A stretch of DNA of 64,000 bases from an uncultured Alphaproteobacteria bacterium (GCA_902521155.1 CABYQR010000003.1:602-64601); one strand, 5' to 3'; positions 49,295 to 62,971 are shown, counted from the first letter of the stretch. The notes: a model not told the origin generated them from the letters alone. Made by a program: numbers and translations.

Positions 49295-50851
49295 TTAATT
49301 ATTATTAAAAAAACCTTCAACCCAATTATGATCTTTAGACTGATTAGTAATATTATTATATCCAAATTTATATACAAAAGTAGGTGTTGAACAGTGAAGG
49401 CTTATTGGGGTGTAGTCTAGAGGTTTAATTAATTTATAACATTCTCTAAAGCTATCAATATTTTGATGTTCAATTATAATAATAGGATGATATTTAGATA
49501 TAATTTTCATAGAGCCGGAGAGGACTTCATACTCAAAACCCTCTGTATCAATCTTTAACAAATCAACTGATTGATTTAAATCAAAAGATTCATCCAAGGT
49601 TTTGATCAATAATTTATTGGTTTCTTTATAATTATTATTAGATAAAAAACTTCCTGATCCCAAATTATCTGAGGTAGCTTTATAAAAGTTTTCATATCTT
49701 TGATGGCTTCCGAGACCATATGTAAAGATTTCACCATCAATTTTATTTAATTCAAGATTAATTTTTAAAATCTCTGCAATGTCTGGGTCTGGTTCATAAC
49801 AAAAAACTTTATAACCATCAATACCTGAAAACCCAATTGCATGATTTCCAATATTTGATCCTACATCAATAACATATTTTGGATGAAAATTCCTTTTTAT
49901 ATAACTAATCAAATCTTCTTCATAGAATTTTTTAGTTTTTAAAATATGTTGACCAATATGATCATTTTCTGTTTGAAGAACATGGCCACTAATTAATTTT
50001 ATTCGTTTGTTATCTTTTAAATGTTTTATAGAATTATTAATTACATTTTCAAGTGACTTGGGCATGCCAAATCTTTTGATCATATTATCAATTTGAATGT
50101 CATTATTGATCTTATTTAACTCCCATAGAGAACTTTCATTTGGATTGTTTAGGTTTAAAAAATCACGTCTTCCAATCAATGAGGCAAATTTATTACTTTC
50201 CAAATGGTTAAAATAATACCAAATATCATCTGCTGTTGGACATAAACTAATTGCTAATTCCATATCAAAAATTCTCTCATTAAATGAATTTGGGGGATAT
50301 AAAATCCCACCAACCCCAGTGGGAAAAATAATAGGATTATTTAATAAACAGTAATTATCTAATGGAGATTGGGCAACCCAATCATTATAAGGTTGAATAG
50401 ATCCAGATTCATTAAATTGTAATAAATGTCCCCTATGTGCTATTATCCCTCCAATTTTTTTATAGGACTCTACTAATTCTTCTAACCACGTTGGTTTATA
50501 TGCTACATCATCATCAGCAACAACTATATATGAATCAGGGAATTCTTCTAAAGCTGGAATTAACTTAAGATATTGTTTCAAATTTTTAGGATATAATCTA
50601 ATTTCTAATTTATTTCTTTTTAATAATTTTATATTTTCAGGGAGTTTTTTAAAATCTTCCTCCCATAGCCATAAAATAACTTTGTCAGGGCTCATACTTT
50701 GATTTAACAATGATAAAATACTTACATATAGGCAACCAAATCTATTTGGATAAGAAGTCAAATTAACAATAAGATTTTTAGATAAACCATGGTTTTTAAA
50801 AGTGGATGGCCTCATTAATAAAATTAGGTTTATAAAATTTTGATAATTCAT
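49295..50851 (-). CDS. Glycosyltransferase (GT-A)-FkbM methyltransferase fusion
   Basis: N-terminal LTSYPNR, SLLNQS, VADDD, ADDIW; C-terminal IDVGSNIG, YEP, LKIDTEGFE. Confidence 0.8.
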   Translation of the reverse strand: MNYQNFINLILLMRPSTFKNHGLSKNLIVNLTSYPNRFGCLYVSILSLLNQSMSPDKVILWLWEEDFKKLPENIKLLKRNKLEIRLYPKNLKQYLKLIPALEEFPDSYIVVADDDVAYKPTWLEELVESYKKIGGIIAHRGHLLQFNESGSIQPYNDWVAQSPLDNYCLLNNPIIFPTGVGGILYPPNSFNERIFDMELAISLCPTADDIWYYFNHLESNKFASLIGRRDFLNLNNPNESSLWELNKINNDIQIDNMIKRFGMPKSLENVINNSIKHLKDNKRIKLISGHVLQTENDHIGQHILKTKKFYEEDLISYIKRNFHPKYVIDVGSNIGNHAIGFSGIDGYKVFCYEPDPDIAEILKINLELNKIDGEIFTYGLGSHQRYENFYKATSDNLGSGSFLSNNNYKETNKLLIKTLDESFDLNQSVDLLKIDTEGFEYEVLSGSMKIISKYHPIIIIEHQNIDSFRECYKLIKPLDYTPISLHCSTPTFVYKFGYNNITNQSKDHNWVEGFFNNN

Positions 50852-50947
50852 TTTTATAATTAGAGGTTAAACTACTATAATTAGGTTTAATTTTAAAGAT
50901 CAGAAGCACTTTGAAGACAAAATATAAAAATTAAGTATTTTAAATAA

Positions 50948-52591
50948 TTAATTAAAAGAATTAAAAAAGTCGTAATCTTCATCAAAAAAGGGTTTAAATT
51001 TTTTCCAATAATCAGATTTATTTTTGAATAGTTTTTTTCTTACTTGGACACTTGAGGCTGTAGAGACATAATTTTTATTTTTTTCAGGATAGAGACAATT
51101 TTCATCCCAAGGTAATTCCAAATAATTCAATAAATTTCTAGTCTCATAAAGTTGATTAGATACTAATTTTTCATAATTCAATGAATATATCTTATTTTGA
51201 AATTTCATGTTCCAGAAATTCATTAAATCATCGTAAAGTTTATAATAATGAATTATATCTTTTAAACTATTAGAAAAATTTAAGTCTTTATTAGGAAAGT
51301 ATTTTGTGAAAATACTCCAACAAACTGATGGTGGATTTCTTTTTGTGTGAATAATTTTTATATCTGGAAAAACTTTTAATAATAAGCCAACATATAGAAA
51401 GTTAAATGGCATTTTATCAGTTACAAATGGTTTTTCATTGCTATGTTTAATCAAGTTATTTAAATAATTTGTTGAAAAATTGGAGAATAAATTATTAGTT
51501 AATTTTTCATTATTTAATAAATCTTGGCCAAATTTTTTGACATAATTTAATTCACCACCTGCTGATATATCTTTATGAGATGATAGTATTTGTTCAGTAA
51601 TTGTCGAACCAGATCTAGGCATGCCTAAAATAAAAATAGGCTTTTTAACAAAATTGATGTTGTTTGAATATTTATAATTTTCATAAATAGAAAAATTATC
51701 TTTAACTTTCTTAAAGAGTTCTGAGTCGTTAATTGGGTTATAATTAGATATTTTTTTACAAATAATGTTAGCTTGGTTATAGAATTTATATGATTCATTG
51801 AAGTTATTAGTATCTTCAAGCGTCTTGGCTAATGAAAATAGATAATGAAATTGTTCTTTATTGCTATTATTTTTATTTTTAGATAAATGTGTTAAATTTT
51901 TAAAATATTTATCATTAGTATCAAAATGTTTAATAAGAGATAAATTATAATAAGCAACTGCATTATTAGGTTTAAGTGATATTGACTTAATAAAGTTAGT
52001 TTCAGCTTTATTAAAATCACCAGAATTCTTATATGATATTCCTAAATTGTTATAAGATTTATAATTATTTGGATTAATTTTTATTGAATTTATAAAAAGT
52101 TTTATTGCTTTATCAATTTTATTAAAGTTTAAGTAAATCAGTCCTAAGTTATTATATGAGTTAGTGTGCTTTGGATCTATTTCAATTATTTTAAGGTAGT
52201 TTTTTTTAGCTTCTTCAATCCTTCCTATAGAATTATATAAAACTGCTAAATTATAAAGCCCATCTATATGATTTTTATTTAATCTAATTAATTTTAGGTA
52301 GTTGATTTCTGCTTTCTCATGGTCCAAGTTCAGTTGATATAAGATAGCTAAATTAAATATTATTTCCGTATCATCAGATTTAATACTTAAAGCTTCATTA
52401 AAGTTTAAAATAGAATTTTGAATATCATTCTCATTTTTAAAAATAAATCCCAATATTTTAAATAGAATTAGTTCCTTTGGATATTTTTTGAGTAAATTTA
52501 AAGATATTTCTTTCGATTGAGTATAGTCTCTTTCATGAAATAATTTATATAAATTATTTAGTGCTTTTTCTTTATTTAAGTTATGATTCAT
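50948..52591 (-). CDS. TPR-repeat sulfotransferase family protein
   Basis: Several TPRs (YNNLG); PIFILGMPRSGST PAPS-binding loop; DKMPFNF; TASSVQVR. Confidence 0.9.
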   Translation of the reverse strand: MNHNLNKEKALNNLYKLFHERDYTQSKEISLNLLKKYPKELILFKILGFIFKNENDIQNSILNFNEALSIKSDDTEIIFNLAILYQLNLDHEKAEINYLKLIRLNKNHIDGLYNLAVLYNSIGRIEEAKKNYLKIIEIDPKHTNSYNNLGLIYLNFNKIDKAIKLFINSIKINPNNYKSYNNLGISYKNSGDFNKAETNFIKSISLKPNNAVAYYNLSLIKHFDTNDKYFKNLTHLSKNKNNSNKEQFHYLFSLAKTLEDTNNFNESYKFYNQANIICKKISNYNPINDSELFKKVKDNFSIYENYKYSNNINFVKKPIFILGMPRSGSTITEQILSSHKDISAGGELNYVKKFGQDLLNNEKLTNNLFSNFSTNYLNNLIKHSNEKPFVTDKMPFNFLYVGLLLKVFPDIKIIHTKRNPPSVCWSIFTKYFPNKDLNFSNSLKDIIHYYKLYDDLMNFWNMKFQNKIYSLNYEKLVSNQLYETRNLLNYLELPWDENCLYPEKNKNYVSTASSVQVRKKLFKNKSDYWKKFKPFFDEDYDFFNSFN

Positions 52592-52675
52592 AATTTGAAA
52601 TAAATATTTTAAAAACCTTTGCTAACTTAATAATAATTATAACAAAATCATTTATTATTTTCACACTTATATATA

Positions 52676-52882
52676 TTAATAGTGAGGTGGAATTTGACTT
52701 ACTTTATCAATATTAGTCTCAAATACAGATTCTAATTCAATAATTCTTTTTTTTAATTTAAAAACCTCATTTTTTAACTTATTAATCTCATTTTGTTGTT
52801 TAAAAACTTCCTCACTTATTTGTGATAATTCTCTTTGGAGAAATGAGGAAATTTCTTCAAATTTTTTAGTATTATTTTCCAT
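52676..52882 (-). CDS. slyX: SlyX family protein
   Basis: Coiled coil ending in PPHY. Confidence 0.8.
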   Translation of the reverse strand: MENNTKKFEEISSFLQRELSQISEEVFKQQNEINKLKNEVFKLKKRIIELESVFETNIDKVSQIPPHY

Positions 52883-52960
52883 TATTTATTCTATTACCAC
52901 TCAATAGTAGATGCTAAAAGTACCATTGTATATCAATCATTCTACCGCCCATTTTAGAAG

Positions 52961-52989
52961 TGTGTAAGTTTTTTGTATATTTTGTGTAA
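52961..52989. repeat. Three 11-bp-periodic motifs (TGTGTAA / TTTGTAT / TGTGTAA)
   Basis: Motifs start at 52961, 52972 and 52983, about 50 bp inside the duplicated guaA end. Confidence 0.55.
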
Positions 52990-53019
52990 TAATTATCTAA
53001 ATAAATATATAATAAAAAT

Positions 53020-53331
53020 ATGAAGTTTATTTTTACAATTATTTTCTTAATTTTTAGTTTAAATTTATATGCAACTAAGTTTTATATAACTGACTTTTCT
53101 TCACAAGCTGATTATAACATTTACATTGCTGATTATGCATCACAAGCTGATTGTCATATATATTTGGTGGATTTCGCCTCTCAAGCAAGAAGAGGTAGTG
53201 GTAATTGGCATCAAGTAAAATTTCAATCTCAAGCTGATGTGAATTTATTTTTAGTGGACTTTGCCTCTCAAGCTGATATTAAAATTTTTATAGTGAAATC
53301 TGCCTCTCAAGCTAAAAACTGTTTTCTTTAA
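53020..53331 (+). CDS. Secreted repeat protein, DUF6150-like
   Basis: Signal peptide followed by six [D/K]xxSQA(D) repeats. Confidence 0.7.
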   Translation: MKFIFTIIFLIFSLNLYATKFYITDFSSQADYNIYIADYASQADCHIYLVDFASQARRGSGNWHQVKFQSQADVNLFLVDFASQADIKIFIVKSASQAKNCFL

Positions 53332-53337
53332 AAAAGA

Positions 53338-56360
<3,023 letters not shown>

Positions 56361-56383
56361 TTAAATTAAAATCAAGAGTTGAA

Positions 56384-56728
56384 CTAGGAAAGCTTTCTTC
56401 CATCATTTAAGCCGGCATCATAGTCTAGTGGATCCACGTCATCCAAGCATCCTAAATTAACACCCATGCCGTTAGGATCTGTTCGTCTGTTGTGATGTGT
56501 ATAGATTCCACAGTTTTTACAAAAGAAATGTTCAGCAAGATTTAAATTAAACTGATAAGTAGAAATATCAGCATCACCTTTTGTTAATTTGAAATTATTT
56601 TTTGGGACCATAATCATCTTTGCATTTTTTCTAATACAAATTGAGCAATTACATTGCATGATTTTATCCAGATCAGATTCAATTTCAAATTCAATAGCTT
56701 TGCAGTGACAAGATCCTTTATGAAGCAT
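56384..56728 (-). CDS. GFA/CENP-V family Zn protein
   Basis: GSCHC, CNCSIC, FCKNCG. Confidence 0.9.
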   Translation of the reverse strand: MLHKGSCHCKAIEFEIESDLDKIMQCNCSICIRKNAKMIMVPKNNFKLTKGDADISTYQFNLNLAEHFFCKNCGIYTHHNRRTDPNGMGVNLGCLDDVDPLDYDAGLNDGRKLS

Positions 56729-57527
56729 TACGATGATCTCTAAAGAAATCTTTTAATAAATTTTTAGTATCACTAGCTGTTTCTAAAATAGACATATGAC
56801 CGGACTCTTCTAAGATTACTGATTTAGAGTTCTTTATTTTAGATGCTAACTCAACTCCCACTTTTTTTGGGGTCATCTTATCGTGTTTACCAATTACACA
56901 TAAAGTAGGATGTTTAACATTTAAAGCTGCAGCTTCACCATTCGTATATTGATCACAAGCATTAAAATCTACTCCAAGTGTTCCGTTATTATTTGAAGAA
57001 ACTAATTGATTTCCCATACCCATATGACTTAATCCTGGTACAGGATGTCCTCCTTTATGTCCTAAAGGTCCATGAACCCAATCCATCATAAGGTCAACTG
57101 CTTTTTGATCTTTATTGACAGCTAATTCTAAAAGTTCAGGGTTCATCTTCATTGATAAAGATCCATTTATCAATGCAAGCAACTCAAGTTTATCAGGATG
57201 TCTTTCAGCAAACTCTAAACCAACCAAACACCCTTGAGAGTGACCCACATAAGAGGTCTTCTCAATACCAAGAGAAGAAATTAAATCAGCGATCCAATCG
57301 GCCATTTCCTCAATTGTATTTAGAGCAGGTCCTTCTGACTCGCCATGTCCAGGTAAATCTACAGCTATAGTATTGTAGCCATGAAAAGCAAAATACCTAG
57401 TTTGAAGAACCCAAGTAACGTGAGTTAAGCCACTTCCATGAACAAAAACTATTGTTGGTTGATTTTTATCTATGTCTCTACCACTGGAGGTGTAGTAAGC
57501 GTCTTTGCCGTTTATTTTTACCTTCAT
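56718..57527 (-). CDS. Alpha/beta hydrolase
   Basis: FVHGSG, DLPGHG, GHSQG nucleophile, DKMTP, GHM. Confidence 0.9.
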   Translation of the reverse strand: MKVKINGKDAYYTSSGRDIDKNQPTIVFVHGSGLTHVTWVLQTRYFAFHGYNTIAVDLPGHGESEGPALNTIEEMADWIADLISSLGIEKTSYVGHSQGCLVGLEFAERHPDKLELLALINGSLSMKMNPELLELAVNKDQKAVDLMMDWVHGPLGHKGGHPVPGLSHMGMGNQLVSSNNNGTLGVDFNACDQYTNGEAAALNVKHPTLCVIGKHDKMTPKKVGVELASKIKNSKSVILEESGHMSILETASDTKNLLKDFFRDHRNAS

Positions 57528-58837
57528 TTAGAAGCAACGAGTCTAGGTCTTTGAGATGCCTTAAAACCAATATCAAAATCAGTTATAATGTCATCCATAT
57601 CTTCCAATCCAACAGAAAATCTAATCATATCTTCAGTTAAACCAGCTAACTCTAAAGATTTTTTATCCATTTGAGAGTGAGTCGCAGAAGCAGGATGGAT
57701 AACAAGAGATTTTGCATCTCCCACATTTGCAAGATGGGAAGTGAGTTTCAGAGCATTAATAAAAGCATGACCCGCTTCTTTTCCACCTTTAATACCAAAT
57801 GCTATCATAGAACCAGCACCTTTTGGCATTAGTTTTGATGCCACTTTATGATCAGGGTGATCGGGTAAACTTGGATGGTTAACCCAAGATACACTTTGGT
57901 TGTTAGTTAAATAATCAAGCATAATTTGAGTATTAGATAAATGTTTTTCCATTCTTACTGATAGAGTTTCTATACCCATTAAAATATTAAAAGCATTGGT
58001 GGGACTCATACAAGGACCAAAATCTCTCATACCTTCTGCTCTAGCTCTCATTGTAAAAGCGGCAGGACCAAACTCTTCTGCGAATGATAACCCGTGATAA
58101 CCTTCATAGGGCTCAGTCATTGTTGGAAATTTATTACCCTTAGTCCAATCAAAATCACCTTTTTCAACAATAATACCACCCATTGAAGTTCCATGACCAG
58201 CCATCCATTTAGTTAGCGAGTGAGTTATGATATCAGCTCCTAAGTCAAATAAATTACATAAGTAAGGTGTATTAAAGGTGCCATCTACCATTAGAGGTAT
58301 ATTTGCTTCTTTTGCAATTTTAGAGATTTCAGGAACATCCATGATTTCAATTCCAGGATTACCAATTAGCTCTCCCCAAATGCATTTTGTATTTGGTTGA
58401 ATTGCATTTTTAAAACCTTCTACATCTCTTGGTTTTACAAAAGTTGTTTCAATTCCAAATCTTTTTAAAGTTAATCTTAATAGATTAAAAGATCCTCCAT
58501 AAAGTTGTGAAGAGGCAACAACATGATCGCCCGCACTACAAATATTTAAAATAGCAAGTGACATAGCACTCATACCTGATGCTGTTGCAAGTGCAGCTGA
58601 ACCACCTTCAAGGGCAGCTACTCGCTCTTCTAATACAGAAATTGTAGGATTAGATATTCTACTATAGATATGTCCACCCTCTTCTAAATTAAATAGAGCT
58701 GCAGCATGATCTGCATCTTGAAATAAGTATGAAGTTGTTTGATAAATTGGCACTGCACGTGAACCAAAATTCTTATCTGGTTGGTGACCACTATGGAGTG
58801 TTTTAGTATTGAAACTGTATGTTTTTGGATCTGTCAT
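57524..58837 (-). CDS. metY: O-acetylhomoserine aminocarboxypropyltransferase (sulfhydrylase)
   Basis: PIYQTTSY, YSRISNPT, HSLTKW (PLP lysine), HLANVGDAKSLVIHPASATH. Confidence 0.88.
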   Translation of the reverse strand: MTDPKTYSFNTKTLHSGHQPDKNFGSRAVPIYQTTSYLFQDADHAAALFNLEEGGHIYSRISNPTISVLEERVAALEGGSAALATASGMSAMSLAILNICSAGDHVVASSQLYGGSFNLLRLTLKRFGIETTFVKPRDVEGFKNAIQPNTKCIWGELIGNPGIEIMDVPEISKIAKEANIPLMVDGTFNTPYLCNLFDLGADIITHSLTKWMAGHGTSMGGIIVEKGDFDWTKGNKFPTMTEPYEGYHGLSFAEEFGPAAFTMRARAEGMRDFGPCMSPTNAFNILMGIETLSVRMEKHLSNTQIMLDYLTNNQSVSWVNHPSLPDHPDHKVASKLMPKGAGSMIAFGIKGGKEAGHAFINALKLTSHLANVGDAKSLVIHPASATHSQMDKKSLELAGLTEDMIRFSVGLEDMDDIITDFDIGFKASQRPRLVASK

Positions 58838-58903
58838 AGTAAAAATATAACAAAAAATGGAATTGTATTAAAGGCTAATTAAGAAGATATTGCTCAGTTA
58901 ATT

Positions 58904-60028
58904 TTATTCTATATTTGAGTAATCCTTCCACCAATGATCATTTGGAGGATTTGATATATCAAAGACTTCTCCTATCATGGGAGTGGAAATATTAACTTCT
59001 CTTCTTTTAGATTCAGTCGTTAATCTAATTATAGGTTCATCCCAAGTATGAATAGAAAGATCAAATTTAGCCCAACTTATTGGAATAAATAAATTTGCAT
59101 TTAGATCTAAGCTAGACTGGACTACTTCATAAGGAAACATATGAACGTCTGCCCAATTAGAGTTGTAACCTCCACATTCAATGAAAGCTAAATCAAATGG
59201 TCCATAATCTTTTCCAATTTCTTTAAAAATATCTGAGTATCCGCTATCACCACTAAAAAATAGGTTCAAGTCTTGAGATTTTATAACCCAAGATCCCCAT
59301 AAGGTTTTGTTTAGATCGGTAAAACTTCTTCCACTAAAATGTTGTGCAGGGGTAAATGTAAAATCTACTCCTTGGTAATTTTTAGTTTCATACCAATCAA
59401 GTTCGGATATTTTTGTGCGATCTATTCCCCAACTCATTAAATGTCCTTTAACTCCTAATGGAACAATAAAATGATCAATTTTATCAGAAAGTTTATTCGT
59501 AGCCTTGGCATCTAAATGGTCATAATGATCATGAGATAAAATAACAACATTAATTTTAGGTAAATCTTCAATGCTAGTTGTATTTTCATATGGAAAAGCT
59601 TTTCCTAAAATAGGTATAGGTGAGGCACGATTAAAAACTGGATCAGTTATAATTTTTAAACCACCAGCATTCATCAAAACTGTAGAGTGGCCTAGCCATG
59701 AGAATTTATCATTTTTAAATTCATTTTTATTAAACAAAATTGATGGAAGAGGTCTTGAGGGATTCTTACCTTCGGGTGGAAAAAACCAATCTTTTAATGA
59801 AGGATCCTGAGATTTAGGTTTATTTTTATCAATTTTAAATTTTGGAATTTTGTAAATATTAACAAAACCATCTTTTACATAATGATCTGAATTATTAATA
59901 TTTAGTTGCGATTTGTTATCTGGGGTTCCTCCAAATTGGTAATAAGTCTTAAAAAAAAGAAATATAATTACAGATAAAATAATTATAAAAAAAAAGACGT
60001 ACTTTAATAATTTAAAAGTTAAAGACAC
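58904..60028 (-). CDS. MBL-fold hydrolase, RomA/NAPE-PLD-like, membrane anchored
   Basis: WLGHST, SHDHYDHLD, PAQHFSGR, FSGDSGY. Confidence 0.88.
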   Translation of the reverse strand: MSLTFKLLKYVFFFIIILSVIIFLFFKTYYQFGGTPDNKSQLNINNSDHYVKDGFVNIYKIPKFKIDKNKPKSQDPSLKDWFFPPEGKNPSRPLPSILFNKNEFKNDKFSWLGHSTVLMNAGGLKIITDPVFNRASPIPILGKAFPYENTTSIEDLPKINVVILSHDHYDHLDAKATNKLSDKIDHFIVPLGVKGHLMSWGIDRTKISELDWYETKNYQGVDFTFTPAQHFSGRSFTDLNKTLWGSWVIKSQDLNLFFSGDSGYSDIFKEIGKDYGPFDLAFIECGGYNSNWADVHMFPYEVVQSSLDLNANLFIPISWAKFDLSIHTWDEPIIRLTTESKRREVNISTPMIGEVFDISNPPNDHWWKDYSNIE

Positions 60029-60031
60029 TAA

Positions 60032-61756
60032 TTAATAGTTTGTAATCCACATAGTTTGATAGGCTTTGAGGGTGACTGTTGATTTAATATCAATGATAAT
60101 TTCATTAGAGATTAAATCCCACCACTCGTTAGAGGAAATTAAATTTAGTTCTGATAAATCTAAATATTGAAAAACATTTGTCACATTGCTTATACAAAAA
60201 ATTGATTGTCTTTTATCATGACTTTGTCTCCAAAAACCAAAAAAATTTTTGCCTAAATTAAATGTAAATTGTGTAGCATTAGGATGGAATGCAGTTTGAT
60301 TTTTTCTAATCTCAATCAATTTTGATAATTGATCAAAAATCCTTGAGTTTTTAGATTCTTTATTAATTAACAATTTATTGATCTCATCATACTTCCATGA
60401 TCTTCTGTTTATAGATCGATTATTATTTGTTTCTTTGACTTTTTCATAATCGTTTGATGAGCCCAAAATACTATGTATATAAAACGCAGGGATTCCCTCA
60501 AGACCCAACATAATTGCATGGCAACAAATAAATCTTTCGATTTGCATATGGTCACTACCTTGAAATGTTCCTTTCAAAGCATCTATTAAAGAAATATTTA
60601 TTTCATATACAGACTCTGTGCTATCTACTTTTTTTCTTTTAGTTGTTCTGGCACCATAGTCAGTCATAATATCAACTAAGGTACCTCTTTCCTTATCCGT
60701 TAATATGCCCTCTGTTGGTCTAAGGCCAATACCATCGTGAGAAGCTATAAAATTAAAATAAGAAGTATGATCTTTTGCAGGAGGCATACCCATAGACCAT
60801 TTTCTAAGAGCGGTGCTGTCTCCCATTACAAGAGTCCATAAAAGCAAAGGTGGTAAAGCAAAATTATATATAGCATTTGCTTCATCGTTTTCTCCAAAGT
60901 AGCTAAGATTTTCTAAATTAGGTAAATTAGTTTCAGTAATAAGTAACGTGTTTTTACTGTAAGCATTTAAAAGTGTTCTGATTAATTTCACTACTTCATG
61001 TGTCTGCGGTAAATTTAAACAATTTGTGCCAAATTCTTTCCACAAAAAAGCAATAGCATCTAATCTAAAGACTCTAATACCATTTTTAAGATATAGGTGA
61101 ATTAATTTAATAAAGAAAAATAGTACTTCAGGGTTTTTAAAATTAAAATCTACTTGATCATGGCTAAACGTGCACCATAGATAATAAATTTCATTATTAA
61201 TTTCAAATTCTTTAAATAAATCTGAACTTCTAGGACGAACCACTTGGTCGTATCCCTGTTTATTTTTTAATTTAATAAAGAAGTTTTGGGACTCATCTTT
61301 GCTATGGGCAAAATCTTTAAAATACTTACTTTCTATAGATGCATGATTAATAACAATATCAGTCATAATCCTAAAGTTTTTTGACAAAGATTTTATATCA
61401 GTCCAACTACCTAAATCAGATCGAACCTTTTCATAATCGGTTATAGAAAAACCATCATCCGAACTAAAGGGGAAAAAAGGAAGGATATGAACATTGTTAA
61501 ATTGTTTTTTACAATACTTATCTAAAAACTTACTAAGTGTTCCAAGTTTATTATTTTTTTTTTCATATATTGAGTCTCCATAAGAAATTAAAAAAATATC
61601 TTTTTGCGACCAATTAGGTTCAGAGATGCTATGATCTTTGTTTTGAAATAAATTTAGGACTCTATTAATAAGTTTTAAAATCTCATTTTGATCTAAGATA
61701 CCCTTATATATAATTTGGAAATGTACGTTTAAATTATTTTTTAATTCTTCTTGCAA
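60032..61756 (-). CDS. GH13_18 sucrose-phosphorylase family, likely glucosylglycerate phosphorylase
   Basis: HILPFFP, WCTFSHDQVD, RLDAIAFLWK, ITETN, ASHDGIG, YEIN; context next to gpgS and gpgP. Confidence 0.82.
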   Translation of the reverse strand: MQEELKNNLNVHFQIIYKGILDQNEILKLINRVLNLFQNKDHSISEPNWSQKDIFLISYGDSIYEKKNNKLGTLSKFLDKYCKKQFNNVHILPFFPFSSDDGFSITDYEKVRSDLGSWTDIKSLSKNFRIMTDIVINHASIESKYFKDFAHSKDESQNFFIKLKNKQGYDQVVRPRSSDLFKEFEINNEIYYLWCTFSHDQVDFNFKNPEVLFFFIKLIHLYLKNGIRVFRLDAIAFLWKEFGTNCLNLPQTHEVVKLIRTLLNAYSKNTLLITETNLPNLENLSYFGENDEANAIYNFALPPLLLWTLVMGDSTALRKWSMGMPPAKDHTSYFNFIASHDGIGLRPTEGILTDKERGTLVDIMTDYGARTTKRKKVDSTESVYEINISLIDALKGTFQGSDHMQIERFICCHAIMLGLEGIPAFYIHSILGSSNDYEKVKETNNNRSINRRSWKYDEINKLLINKESKNSRIFDQLSKLIEIRKNQTAFHPNATQFTFNLGKNFFGFWRQSHDKRQSIFCISNVTNVFQYLDLSELNLISSNEWWDLISNEIIIDIKSTVTLKAYQTMWITNY

Positions 61757-61757
61757 T

Positions 61758-62969
61758 TTAAGAGTTATCTTCCGTAACTGCTACTTTTAAAGATCTCAAA
61801 ATAGATGGATCTGCACTATCAACCCTCCTCCAGGTTGGAATATTTGGATTTTCACTTGGTGACTCTAAGAATATTTTCCCTGCTTCAATAATATTTTGTG
61901 CAAAAAGTTCCACCATCTCCTCTTCTTTATGTACATCAAAGATTAATCCATTCATCTCAGCATCAGTTTTATAGATTTGAACCATATCTAAGGCCAATCT
62001 GTAATAAGTTGCTTTCAAAGATCTAAATTTCTCATTGGAAAATACATGGCCTTGGGTGGCTAATTTTCTAAACAAAGCTTTAGAAATATCCATTGTCATT
62101 TTTGACAATCCCTTTTGACGATTATTTTTAGAGATTTCTTGGTGTTTATGCTCATATGTGTCAGCTATATCAACCTGGCAAATCTTGTTATTAGCAAAGT
62201 TTCTATACATCTCAGATAGAATTCCAATTTCTAATCCCCAGTCATGAGGAATTCTTATGTCATTAAGCAAGTTATACTTAAATGAAAATTCTCCAGCTAA
62301 AGGATACTTAAAAATGTCTAGAAAGTTTAAATATTCATTATATCCAACCATTTTTTGTAATGACTTTACTAAAGGAGTCACAAGTAACCTTGTGACCCTT
62401 CCATTCATGCTTTTATGAGCAACTCTTGGATAGAAACCTTTACAAAAATCAAATGAAAACTTTGGATTTACAACTGGATAAAAAAGTTTTGCTACTAAAT
62501 TTTTATCATATGTAACGATATCGCAATCATGCATTGCAACAGATCCTGACTCTTTCAATGAAATAACAAATCCCATGCAATACCAAATATTTCTACCTTT
62601 TCCTTTTTCGATAGGTGAAAGGTTCATTTTAGATAGTTCTTGGTGAATCTTTTTTAGTTTAGGACCATCATTCCAAAGGATGTAAGTATTTTGAGGAAGT
62701 ATTGAAAAAAACTTTTTAGCTTTTATAAATTCTTGTTTGCTTGCTTGGTCTAAACCAATAACTATATTTTTTATGTATTTTACTTTTTTTAAAGTATTGA
62801 CAATATATGTTAAGGCAGGTTTTTCTAATTCTGTATATAGCGACGGTAAAATTAGTGTCATAGGTGAAGTTTTGGAAAACGATAATAATTCTTTTTCTAT
62901 TTCATCTATAGATTTTGTATTAAAGTTATGAAGAGTAGCTATTACTCCGTTTTGATGAAAATCAGGCAT
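61758..62969 (-). CDS. gpgS: Glucosyl-3-phosphoglycerate synthase (cyanobacterial/gammaproteobacterial type)
   Basis: DFHQNG, GKGRNIW, HDCD, GRVTRL, YPLAGEF, DWGLEIG, YEHKHQ. Confidence 0.82.
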   Translation of the reverse strand: MPDFHQNGVIATLHNFNTKSIDEIEKELLSFSKTSPMTLILPSLYTELEKPALTYIVNTLKKVKYIKNIVIGLDQASKQEFIKAKKFFSILPQNTYILWNDGPKLKKIHQELSKMNLSPIEKGKGRNIWYCMGFVISLKESGSVAMHDCDIVTYDKNLVAKLFYPVVNPKFSFDFCKGFYPRVAHKSMNGRVTRLLVTPLVKSLQKMVGYNEYLNFLDIFKYPLAGEFSFKYNLLNDIRIPHDWGLEIGILSEMYRNFANNKICQVDIADTYEHKHQEISKNNRQKGLSKMTMDISKALFRKLATQGHVFSNEKFRSLKATYYRLALDMVQIYKTDAEMNGLIFDVHKEEEMVELFAQNIIEAGKIFLESPSENPNIPTWRRVDSADPSILRSLKVAVTEDNS

Positions 62970-62971
62970 AT

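Noticed and set aside
58838-58903. SAM-II/SAM-V riboswitch upstream of metY
   Set aside because: The 66-bp AT-rich spacer has no recognisable riboswitch core.
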